DNA of 63,555 nucleotides, the filler included, from Atractiella rhizophila (lineage: Eukaryota): NCBI GenBank assembly GCA_021432655.1. It is 8 parts of 8 records of this genome, joined end to end, with 100 filler letters (N's around TTAATTAATTAA, not from the genome) between each part and the next. Parts side by side here need not be neighbours in the genome. Positions count along the whole stretch, not along the records: positions 47,313 to 56,619 come from MU272119.1; positions 56,720 to 60,433 come from MU272123.1; 6 more parts are not named here. One strand, given 5' to 3'. Positions 49,372 through 60,533 of this stretch are shown here, piece after piece (position 1 is the stretch's first letter; each line of letters starts with the position of its first letter). A model generated the notes under the pieces. It had not been told where the DNA came from. It did not search any database and worked only from the letters and a program-made list of their open reading frames with translations. Made by a program: the position numbers and the translations under genes.

Positions 49372-52300
49372 TCATAAAACTCCCAAGGGATCTAGCATTT
49401 TCTGTGGTGTCTCCTTCGACGCCGACGTGGGTTGTTGTGAGGGTTGTGACGGCGAAGTCGCCAAAGGCTTAGGCTTTGGAGGGGTGTTGACCGAAGCAGG
49501 CGGGAGCACCGGCGCAGGGACAGAAGCTATAGGGTTGGGAAGAGGTTTGGACAGACTTGACTCGGTGATTACGGAGCTAGTAGACGAAGGAGCGGGGGAG
49601 GGGTTCTGTCTGAATCGTGAAGAAGGTGAGGTCCACGGGTTCGGGTCAACGGCGCCGCCTAGGAGTGGATCCGCAAATGCAGCTTGAGACTTGAAGGTTG
49701 ACGGGATTGGCGGTGGGTCATTTTGTCTCAGGGTTCGCGTCGAAGAGGTTGGAGTAGGATTCGTCCAGGGATTTGCCGCGATGGACGGATTTTCCGGTCG
49801 TCTTGAGAGTGAACGGGTTGACTCGCTCGTTGAAGCCGATGGTGTGTGTCCTCGGGAGAAAGAGCTTCCGACAGTATTGGAACGACCGAGAGACGGCTCT
49901 GTCCCTGACCGCGACCCTCTTGTAGTGTTGGTGGGTGGGGAGGGGCTGGCATGGATCTCATTCCAGCCATCCTGGATAAGTGCAACTTCACCACTTCTGA
50001 ACTGAATCGACCGCTCTCGTCCATGATGGCCCCTCCGCACTTTCTCATCCACAGCCTTCTCTGGCAAAAAATCGCTCATACTCGACGCTGGTGTCGTATT
50101 CGATCCCCCCGATCCAGAGAGAGGGGTGCCACCAATCTCAGTCTCGTTCGCGTTCGACGGCGGCACGGCATTGAGCTGATTGATTGCGTCCGAGTACCTC
50201 GCAGAGACAGTCTTCCAAGTGCTGCCTCCCCACTTCAACGCGCTCTGTAAACCCGTTTGTAGCCTCTCCTGGATGACTGATGGTCCCTCTTCTTCCGCGA
50301 TAGGCGTTCCGCTTCGAGGTGACGAATTCACCTGTCGCCTGCCTAACGAGACGCGAGGGAGAGAGAGAGACTGGCTCCTCTTCAGATCACCCAAGAATCC
50401 ATTGCTTCCACTCATCGAATTCGCGCTCTCCAAGACCGGATCCTGTTGCGAATTCTCGACGACAATCTCTTGATCGGGCTCGGTTTTCGACGCTCCGTAT
50501 TCGTCACGAAAATTCATCTCTTCCTCCTCCCTTCCGAACCACTCCGCCCAAAACTTTACATCCTGCGGATCAACCAACAAGACTCCAAGATCCGAGTCCT
50601 CCGCCCTCTTCCCTTTCTCCCTCTCATCCAACTCTGGTCGATAGAGTGGGTTCCGATATTCTTCCTTTAGTTTGAAGGTGTCTGAAGAAGAGTCATAATC
50701 CAAGAGCTCCTCCCACACGCTTCTCGTCCTCTTGGCCGCCTCATCCTCCAACCGATCCCTCTCACAATTCCACAAGAACGTGCCATACTGACAGCTGAAG
50801 ACATGATAACCCATTCTCCTCANNNNNNNNNNNNNNNNNNNNNNNNNNNNNNNNNNNNNNNNNNNNNNNNNNNNNNNNNNNNNNNNNNNNNNNNNNNNNN
50901 NNNNNNNNNNNNNNNNNNNNNNNNNNNNNNNNNNNNNNNNNNNNNNNNNNNNNNNNNNNNNNNNNNNNNNNNNNNNNNNNNNNNNNNNNNNNNNNNNNNN
51001 NNNNNNNNNNNNNNNNNNNNNNNNNNNNNNNNNNNNNNNNNNNNNNNNNNNNNNNNNNNNNNNNNNNNNNNNNNNNNNNNNNNNNNNNNNNNNNNNNNNN
51101 NNNNNNNNNNNNNNNNNNNNNNNNNNNNNNNNNNNNNNNNNNNNNNNNNNNNNNNNNNNNNNNNNNNNNNNNNNNNNNNNNNNNNNNNNNNNNNNNNNNN
51201 NNNNNNNNNNNNNNNNNACTTCTGGCTTGACCAGTAGATACTCCCTATCTTGCTGCAAACTACAGGCGGTACAACTTATGGCCATACGACAACCAGTCCT
51301 TCTCCACGAGCGTGACGTAGCCGAATGCCGTGCGGTAAAAGGGGTCGAGGCAGAGTTGCGGAAGCGCGCAGAGTTGGGAGGTACGGTCCCAGCCGTCTGA
51401 ACAGTGGACAAGGACGTGAGAAGAGTAGACGTGCACGTTCTTCACTATCGTCAAGGTGCCTTCTAAGATGTTCGAAAGATGCTTGAGCCAGTTCGTCCGT
51501 CGCAACAACGATCGATCGACCACTCCTGTTGTGTCCGCCAACTTGAGCGCTGTTATTGACAGTGTCAGCCGCTGAACAAGGTAGGGGCGACGAAGACGCA
51601 CCTTCGTTCAACTTGTTCATCGAGTCTCGCATGACATGAATATTATCGATCCCCAAATAAACCTTCCTACAGCCCCTATAATAATCCATATTCTCCGTCC
51701 CCGCCCCCTTCGCCACATTCGCCACAGCATTGGTCGTCGGTCTCGCATCGATAATCATATTCGTAGCTGTGGCGCCGTAGATATCTATCTTTGACCCTGG
51801 TTCTGAGGGGATTTGATTGACGAGCGAGGTCGGAGCGGACGTTGGAGAGGTGGGATTTGGGGTCGGAGGGTGAGTGTGAAGATGGGAGGAGAAAATGCAT
51901 TCGATCAGCTTCTCGTCTTGTATGGATCGATTGTTTTTCAGCCCAACCATCGGTTGCGAAGAACGCGTTATGGATCCCTGTTCCAACAGCCTAGTCAGAA
52001 TCATTCTTATCGAAAATAAATGGTGGATGAGACGCACGAAATTCCCCCAATGCAGGTAAACCAAACCTGGTATACGTCCCTTGCTCCTATACTTAACCGC
52101 ATAATTCAAAGTCGTGTCACTAATTCGAGCAGGGACCATAATATGTTGGGGATAGGTGGGACAGTACTACCAACGAACAAACCGTCGCATCAAAATCATT
52201 GAGCACTGAGGAAGCGGTTAGACAAACGCACAGAAAAATCTTTGTTGACGGTAGTGAACCGCCACGCGACTGTGCGTCCTGTGGATGGAGAGGAAGAGAT

Positions 52301-53155
52301 GCCCATGCGGCTGAACTCGCGGGAGGGGTTGTATATTGACCAGAAAGGTGAAGAGGATGGTGGGGAGGCGTGGGATGTTGATGGAGTGTAGAAGAAAGCA
52401 TAGAGTTGGGAGAGGGAGTCTGTGCATTTCACAGTGAGCCATCTTGGTTAGAAAGAACGCGTAACATGTTTGGTTGAGATAGAACAGAATAGTTATAGAT
52501 GGAGAAACCATCCTTGTGTGTTTGCCTCTGCGCTCTGCAACAGAGATCCCTGTATGCACTGGCATATGCTAAAAGCACTCGAGGGAACTCGGAGTAGCAT
52601 GCATGAGAAGTGCATGCATGCATTCGCCTCGCCACAACACCTTAGAAACAAGCAAAGAAAAGGTACGCACCCGTTCCCACAGATATGTTCCTCAGGCTCT
52701 CCCAAACATCCAACGCTTCGCTTTCATCCCTCATTACGATATTGTACGCCTCGAAGTCCCTCAGTCGCACCTCCAATGGGTTCTTGGTCCCTGTCAGGTC
52801 CGCTGGAAGGCGTGTAACAGACCATAGGAGTGGGTAAGGGAGCTACAGCCATTCATTCATTAGACGCATAAAACAGGAGCCAAGGAACACGATGGTGAGA
52901 GTTGGAGGAAAGGAGGAACTGACCCAAAGCTCCACACCCGCTCCCTCATCCGCACCTCGAAAGATTAGATGGTGTGTGGTCAAATGCAACGTGCCTAGCC
53001 AGACGGGAGAAGAGCCACGGGGAAAGTGCTCAGGGGAGGAAGGAGAGGCAGGCCCTGAGATCTTGGTGAGAGTAACACCGTTCACCTGTGCGTCTGGTTA
53101 GCTGTGTATAACATGAGAGACACACACTCACTTTGGCTATCTTGATGGCGTCCAT
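49372..53155 (-). CDS. YMR1: Myotubularin-family phosphoinositide 3-phosphatase (spans an N gap)
   Basis: MDAIKIAKV, GTLHLTTHHLIF, YRSKGRIP, RSSQPMVG, DARP..NA.AN, NIHVMR, catalytic VHCSDGWDRT, EKDWLSYGH, YGTFL.NCE. Confidence 0.95.
50823..51217. other. Intra-scaffold N gap (a second one is at 61403-61682)
   Basis: Pure N run without the TTAATTAATTAA core; the gene continues on both sides. Confidence 0.97.
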
Positions 53156-54314
53156 AGCGTGAAAGACTGTCGGACGTGGATGTGGTTTGAAGTTGCGTTG
53201 GCCTGAAAGTCTACCGACGCGCGTAGTCGCGCGTTGGCGCAAGGTTATAAATGAAGGTCTGGTGTGTCATGTCAACACGAGAACTGCATGAAAGCGGTAT
53301 GTCTATGGCTGTATGTTGAGAAATCTAGTGTGGCGAATATGGCCAATTGACACCAGAGACCCCGTGGAAGCTGACTATATCTACTTTCTCATACTCCATT
53401 CGTACCTTTCATCATGGTTGCAAGGAAGTGACTGCGATATCTACTTTGATTCGAAAGACATTGGTATTGCAAGAGCTCGTGCCTCACCTGAAACAAAGAT
53501 CCTACAAGTCAGCAAGCTAAGGCAGTTCAATATCCCCAATCATTGTGCGATTTGCAAAAGTTGTCTCAAAGCTGTACTCTAAAGCGTCAATATCTCGAGT
53601 CTAGTTTTCAATGTTTTTCTGATCATCCCCTTCTTTTATGTACTCCAAAATATTCACTTCACCGTTCACCAACAGCGATTAGTGTAGAAATCATCAGAGG
53701 GAACCAGACAAAGCTTACTATCCTTTGAATGAAAGGGCAAAGACGCTCTTTGTATCAATATGCATTCCGGCCTTTCCATTTTCATACGACTGGACAAGGC
53801 AGCCACGAGACTATTCGGTCACGTTTGAACTTGGAATTTGTGCCCAATAGATATGGCTAATATTTCGTGTGGGCAGCAAACGAAGAAAAAATTTTCCGCA
53901 ATTTTCCAGCCTTATGTAAAAGTACCTTCTAACTGAGCTTTGGCCACAGTCACAATCCAACCGCTTAGACTGCGTTAGCCACCATGTTTTACAGAGTAGT
54001 CGTACTGTACTCCAGCTAGTACAGTATGCAGCCCGAGTCGCGTTAACCGCGCTGGAGACAAGGGCAAAGCCACGGAAGTGAAATTCTCCGTGAAGCAACA
54101 TTTCCTCAAACGTATCTGCGCCGGAAACGTCACAGCAAGGAATATTGGACGGAGTCTTGTCATCATTTCCCCAGCTCTGCTTCGCTGTCTTTGAGAAATA
54201 ATGTTTAGGTGTTCAGTTCTTGCTTGAACGCCTACACATGACTTCACTGCGTTGGCCCACAGCCTGAGGTTTCTCTACCGAGCGAGGAGACAATGAATAG
54301 GGGTCAAACCAAGG

Positions 54315-54321
54315 TATAAAA
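54315..54321 (+). promoter_or_regulatory. TATA box of the ADH gene
   Basis: TATAAAA about 90 bp upstream of the ATG at 54405, followed by a CT-rich stretch. Confidence 0.6.
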
Positions 54322-54404
54322 GGCGACTTTGCTCACCTCTCTTTCCCTACTATTCACAAATATCAAGCTTTCAAACTCGTCGAATTCGAACCCTTTCAGT
54401 CAAC

Positions 54405-56040
54405 ATGTCGTCTAACGAAACTATGCTCGGCGCCTTCTTTGTCCCAGGAAATGATTCCGTATGTCTGCTTTCTTTTGACCCAAGGCACGTCACATTAACC
54501 ATTGCAACGATAGGTTGTCCTGAAACGAGTTCCCATTCCGACTCCTGCAGCAGATGAGGTGCTTCTAGAAATCAAAGCAAGTATCCTATAAAAAGGCTTA
54601 CAGCATCTATCTAACTTGTACACAGGCTTGTGGAGTATGCCATACAGATGTATGATTCTCTTGTCGAAGTTAAAAATTTTTTTCGCGACTAAGGACATGG
54701 TGCGCAGGTCTTCTTGCTCACCGAGTTTAGCGCCGTCGGCAGCGCATTGACAGAGCCTTTTATCCTCGGACACGAATTCGCTGGAGTCCCTGTCAGGTTG
54801 GTCTCGTTCCCTTTTCTAAATATTCAGCAGTTCTAACAGTTTTGCAGACTTGGATCTGATGTAGATGCGACCGAAATCAGGCTCGGACAGCTATATGTAG
54901 TGAACGGAGACAATCCTTGTATTCGAGGGATCACCATCCTTCCCAGTCCCGGCCTAGGCGCAAATGGAGGGTATGCAGTAAGAGTCTGGATCTTCCCTAC
55001 GATTGGACGGCTTGACATCTCTGCGTAGGAATACGCTGTCATTAAAGCGGTGCAGCTCGTTCCTGTCCCCGAAGGTTTACCAGCCGAGATCGCTTGCCTC
55101 GCTGGTGATGCTTCGACTACAGCTTCGCACGCTGTGCTCGAAATCGCCAAGGTACAACGTGGCTATAAGGTGTTGATTTTTGGAATTGGCGGTTTGGGTA
55201 CGATTCCATCATCTCTTTTCTACTAATTCGTCTCACTGAACCCGGCTTTAATAGGCCTTCAGGCGGTACAACTATGTGTTGGTCAGCTTCCTTCTCTACG
55301 CACTTAGCTGTCACTTACCCTTGATTCCAGAACTTGGGGCCACCGTCTATGCTGTGGACATCAAACCGAGTAGTCGTAAGCTAGCTGTCGAAGCGGGTGC
55401 AAAGGAAGCGTTCGATCCTGTTCAGCTCGACCAAAGAATTTCAAAGGGAGATTTCAACATGGATATCACGATTGACTTCGTTTCGAAAGGGACAAGTCAG
55501 TTTAACCCTGCCTCTCTGTCCCCGTTCTGACTGATGCTTGTGAAGCTTTCGGATTGGCTTTCAAAGCAGTCCAGACGACGGCTCAGAAGTTTGGGCGGGC
55601 TCCTCGGATGGTCATCGTGAGTATAATTGCACCCACATGCTTGTAATATTGACTATCATACAGGTGGGTGCTGCCTCAGATACATTATCAATTAATTCTA
55701 CCGACCTTCTCGCTTCTGAAGTGCAGAGTGAGCTGTACTTCCTTACTCTTTCTAGTGTACTGATGGTTCTCCCACCCAGTCTTAACGTCACTGTATGGTA
55801 GCCTATCCGACATCAAGAGAGCGTTAGACCTCCTAGCCAAGGTTGTCCACCTACCTGTGATTTTTATTCAAGCACTGACACTTCCGTTAGGGAGTCTTAA
55901 AGCCCATCGTGCAGACAGTTCCTCTGGAGAAAACGAACGACGCCATTACAGACCTCCGTGCTGGCAAAGTAAAGAACAGGAAGGTAGTTATACCATCACC
56001 GGCCGCTTCTTCATTCCAGTGGAAGCCCACAAACCACTAA
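54405..56040 (+). CDS. Zinc-dependent MDR-family alcohol dehydrogenase, intron-dense
   Basis: P.P..DEVLLEIK|ACGVCHTD, ILGHEFAG, NGGYA|EY, GDA, Rossmann GIGGLG. Confidence 0.9.
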
Positions 56041-56719
56041 TTACTAGAGGTGAATCCTCGGCTCTCTTACGGACCATTGACAGACATCAGACATTTCCAA
56101 TATAGTTGTGTTCATACCTGGGTGCATGTATCGGTTGCTGACGAATTCAGTTACTTTACCAAATCCTATCTAAATGCCGTTTGTTGGTTGACCCCCGGCC
56201 ATTGAAGCTTTGAACATTATGTTAAGTAGAAGTTGGTAGTAGAGGTAACGGCATATCTTAAGCCCCTAAATATTCGAAATTCCCAGATACATGGGTTTCG
56301 TGCAATCTTCAGTTCCACGTGAACGTGAAGTTCACAATACTACTTTATACCTCAATATATTCATATGCCTTGCCCTATCTTAGTTGTAGGAAAATTCCTC
56401 GCTTGTCGTTATCATTGTAACCAACAGAGTTCATAGCTACGCCTGGAGCTTTGGACATCATGATGAACGGGGAGTAGACTTGGCTTGGAGGACCAACGGG
56501 AGATTTCAAGCACTTTGATTGCCAGGGAAGCCGCAAACTCCATGTTCGCTACCTCCGTCGCCGTTAATAAGCTCTGGACATCTTGTTTATATTACGGTTG
56601 GGCAGACGGGCTATAACTTNNNNNNNNNNNNNNNNNNNNNNNNNNNNNNNNNNNNNNNNNNNNTTAATTAATTAANNNNNNNNNNNNNNNNNNNNNNNNN
56701 NNNNNNNNNNNNNNNNNNN

Positions 56720-57870
56720 CGACGAAGGCAACAGGAGGCGGCAGATCGTGAATTTGCTGAACGGCTAGCAACTGAGGGAGGTGATGCCTCTAGCGATATC
56801 CCAACGTTCGCCAACGTGATCAGAAACCTGTTTGAGGCTCCTCGTGAACCGCCATCTGGCAGATCGCATCGCAACAGCACTCCTGTCGCATCGACCTCCG
56901 CCGCTGGCCGTAACAATAGCAGTTCTGCTCCTCAGCAATTCACGAGCGATTTTGGGACAGAGCAGGATGTTGAAAACCTGATGAACGAAACGCGAGAGAA
57001 CATGCAGCGAGTGGAAGAACGACCGGCAGACCCGAAGGACATCAAGAAACTTAAGACGGTGAGACTGACTGCAATACAGCTGGGGAAGGTGAAAATGATG
57101 GCGGACAAATGCACGATCTGTCAAGAGGAATGGAGGTTGGACCAAGAGGTGACGCTTCTGAACTGTGCGCACGCTTTTTGCAAGGAGTGTTTGGTACCAT
57201 GGCTTCAGAGATGCGATCGGTGTCCCAATTGGTACTTTCTCAATTTTCTCATTGCTCCTTGTATCTCAGCAGATGAACTGATATCAACGCAGCCGTGCTC
57301 ATATCCGTGACGGTCATCCAGAATCCTCGAGGCGAGCTTCGAACCCCTCCCGTCCGCCTCCCGAACAGCGAGAGGCAAATGAACGCTGGGTCAATCGATG
57401 GCAGCAAATCTACGAACGAGATCTCGAAAGGCGCAGACGGCATCCGGTTCCTCCTCGTCAAGGGCCACACACACGAGGCCCACTCCCTCCCATGCTCCAA
57501 CCTACTGCTCCAGCTGAGCTTCCTGATACGCCTCCAGAGGTCGGTCAGAATCCAAACAATCCGTACATCCGTGAGCTCATCCACCTCTTCTTTCCTTTGG
57601 TTCTGGCTGACACAACCTGAAGCTTTCGTGGAGGGAATTTCTACCCCTGATCCCACTCCATACGTTCCTCCTGAACCAGGAGAATTTGTTCCGTTTTGGA
57701 GGAAAGAGAATTGGACGGTCGAGAGATATGCGTACGCGAACAGGGACGCGAATAAGCAACCTCCAATCGTGAAGGCTGGTGGAGTGTCAATCTCGTTTCG
57801 GAAGAAGGCGAAACGAGGGAACAGCGAACCTCATGGTAATAATGGTGCCAGTAGCTCGAGTGCCTCCTGA
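56720..57870 (+). CDS. RING finger protein (putative E3 ligase), 5' truncated
   Basis: CTICQEE...LNCAHAFCKECLVPWL...CPN|C; the last Cys is completed across an intron. The 3' end is approximate. Confidence 0.8.
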
Positions 57871-58625
57871 ATGACCCTATCTCCTTCCTTTGTATGTCTG
57901 TTCCCAGCACACAAGTGTCATAAAAGGAAGTAGTCATGCTTTGTCTATGCATCATGTTCCTGCTTTGTCTATGCATTGTTTTCATTATGTTCCCTATGCC
58001 ATCATCATCGACTATTTGGCCTCGTGAAACATTTTGGGGTCACTGAACATAAGCGCACAAAGGAACAAAGTTGCACAAGTCAAACCAATCAAACCAAAGC
58101 AAACAGCAAATCTTGATGCACTAATTATTTTTATTCCCACTGACTCACGCATGTCAGCAAAGTGAGGGTCGTGAGGGTCGTTAGTGCTCGCTTCACTGAT
58201 GCTTCATCCCTGACCAAATCACACCGTAAACTGTTCGCTACTTCTACCGATGCTCGTCTAACATGCTGGCATCAAGGCTTTGGAGTGTCACAAATCATGT
58301 GCACTGTTCCTAAACAAGGGCGAAAAGTTTTAAGTTTTTACGTTTTGCTTGCGTGTCAACCTTCGCGGTGGGGACGACACTTCGGCTCCGAACACTCAAC
58401 AGCTTAGCTTATCGTGTGGCGCGTGAGCATTTCCAACCAACCCGACCTTCGAGCCGCTGCTATTTCAAAGCTCATGACTCCGTCTGACCGTCCTCAAAAG
58501 CAGTCCCCAGCCCTTTAGAGTCCCGCAATTTCTCCTTCAGCAAGTCGTGGGTGGTTGGTAGCCAAGGTAAGCCCTTGTTTTGGGATTCTGGCGTTGGGGT
58601 AACAGTGCGTATGTAGACTTCGACG

Positions 58626-59660
58626 ATGGTGTTGGTCTATAACTCAGACGACCAAGAAAGTAATTATCTGGGGCAACCTGCGTTTCTCAAAAGCCCTGTC
58701 GTCGCTCCTCCAGTTATCTGTTCGGATGGCCCTTCTACCAGCAAGCTCACACTCGACAGATCACCATCCCCCGTTGCGACTTTGTCCAGTTTCTCGTCCA
58801 CGTCTACTGAGGAAGAAGCAGAGGGAGACTACTTTTTCGATGAGAGAAAACCGCTTTTTGAGGAGGAGGTGGAAGAGCCCATGACGCCACGGCGCCCCAA
58901 TGTTCCTTCTTGGTTAATTGGAACGGAAACGGAACGCAGTTACGACGCTTTGTCCACACCTTCTTCCACTTCGACTTCGATAGACAGGCGGAAAGGGAAG
59001 GAACGGGTTTTGTCACATCGCCGTTCCCAATCTCTATCTGCTCCCTCACATCCGCTCTCAGCTGTCTTCGAACCTCTTCAACCCTTGTCATTTTCTCCAC
59101 CTCCTCCGCCGCGCAGTCGCGTCCCTCGCACACCATCCATGCCGACCATAACGCCAAAACGATCCTCACCGACGAAGCACATGCGTCGCCGTTCTCTCCA
59201 ACTCTCCCTGCCTACTTTACCGCCACTTCCCTTCATGTCCGCCTCCCATGCACTGAAGGACTTCGTCCTCCTCTTCCTTCCCGACTTTCCCAATCTACCA
59301 GACTTTACGGACGACTTCCCTTGCGAAGGGCCACGGCGTCTTTCTCACGGTTTATCCTCCAGTGCCTCACTTCCCCCTCCTCCAGTACCACCTCCAAAAC
59401 CCCGTCGGAAAGTTCCCATGCTCGTCCAAATGTCTACTTTCTCTCCCCTCCCCACTTCAACCAGTTCCGATACCGTTGGACTGTTTACCAGGCGGCCCAT
59501 CAGGGTGTTGCAAAATGGGAGGGGGATGACAATGCTGGTGTTGGAGATGCAGATGGTGAGGAAAGGCAAGATCGTGGCTCCGCTGAAGGGGAGAGCGATC
59601 ACTGTTCGTGCCAGAGGGGACAGTACAAGGAGGGAGAGTTTGCTTAGGGAACAGCTTTAG
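58626..59660 (+). CDS. Intronless Ser/Pro-rich hypothetical protein (344 aa)
   Basis: Long ATG-initiated ORF, low complexity, with a compact C-terminal segment MLVLEMQMVRKGKIVAPLKGR. Confidence 0.7.
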   Translation: MVLVYNSDDQESNYLGQPAFLKSPVVAPPVICSDGPSTSKLTLDRSPSPVATLSSFSSTSTEEEAEGDYFFDERKPLFEEEVEEPMTPRRPNVPSWLIGTETERSYDALSTPSSTSTSIDRRKGKERVLSHRRSQSLSAPSHPLSAVFEPLQPLSFSPPPPPRSRVPRTPSMPTITPKRSSPTKHMRRRSLQLSLPTLPPLPFMSASHALKDFVLLFLPDFPNLPDFTDDFPCEGPRRLSHGLSSSASLPPPPVPPPKPRRKVPMLVQMSTFSPLPTSTSSDTVGLFTRRPIRVLQNGRGMTMLVLEMQMVRKGKIVAPLKGRAITVRARGDSTRRESLLREQL

Positions 59661-59826
59661 ACCTGTCTGTTGGTTAGATGTTTACCCTGCGTTTACATGC
59701 ACGTCCAAGATTCGTAAATGCTTCCTATGTATATGGTAGCGGTCAAAACAATCCTCGATATGGTACCTGGCTTCGTACCAATGATACATAACGATCACAT
59801 GCAATGTCATAGGTTCATACCACACA

Positions 59827-60433
59827 TTATTTCCGTCTAACGCTTTTCCACTTCCAAACCCTCGCCCCTGTCGCCATCCCCTTCTCTGACGGTTTTGGTA
59901 CCACCTTACTCTTGCCTTTCGAGTTAAAAACTTCCTCCGGATCCTCATCTTCTGTCCGTGTTCCCTTCTCTTTCGTGTGAACAACCTCCTTCCGACTCCC
60001 CCGTCCCATCAGTGCTTGCTGCATCTCCATTTCTCGTAACGCTCGTTTGAGAGAGGAGAGACGGGATTCCCGCGCTTCAAGCTCAGCCTGTATCGAGGGA
60101 AAGGTAACGGTATCTGGATCGGCCGGTACGCTGCTGGCTTCATCCTCATCTGAGCTGAAGTCGTCCTCAAATTCAGTGGATGGTTTTGTTTTTCGACGGT
60201 GGTTTGGGAGCTTGCTCCTTCCTTGCACGTTTAGCTAGGGATTTTACTACATAACCTTTAGAACATAAAATAAAAAGAAGACTAAAAACCAACCTTCATC
60301 TTCAGTATCTGCAAAGACGATCCGCTTTCGCTTGACGGTCTGTTTCCCTGAACTGTAGCTGAATTCTGTATCGCGTCGGAATCGTTTTGTGCTCGATCTT
60401 CAGAAGATAAGTGCGTGTTTAACTCTTCCCGTA
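59827..60433 (-). CDS. UTP11: SSU processome protein Utp11, 3' part
   Basis: ELEAR..R...L.....E...Q.ALMGRG and terminal RVWKWKSVRRK; an upstream KRIVFADTEDE motif is present. Confidence 0.85.
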
Positions 60434-60533
60434 NNNNNNNNNNNNNNNNNNNNNNNNNNNNNNNNNNNNNNNNNNNNTTAATTAATTAANNNNNNNNNNN
60501 NNNNNNNNNNNNNNNNNNNNNNNNNNNNNNNNN

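Noticed and set aside
49372..51411. 679-aa ORF and other ORFs containing X runs
   Set aside because: They read through N gaps or spacers. The real parts belong to the myotubularin gene or to flanking genes.
47313..53155. AMSH and myotubularin as an endosomal functional cluster
   Set aside because: Two convergent housekeeping genes; adjacency alone is not evidence without synteny data.
57937..57976. 24-bp-period repeat TGCTTTGTCTATGCAT x2
   Set aside because: Short 3'-UTR slippage duplication with no sign of function.
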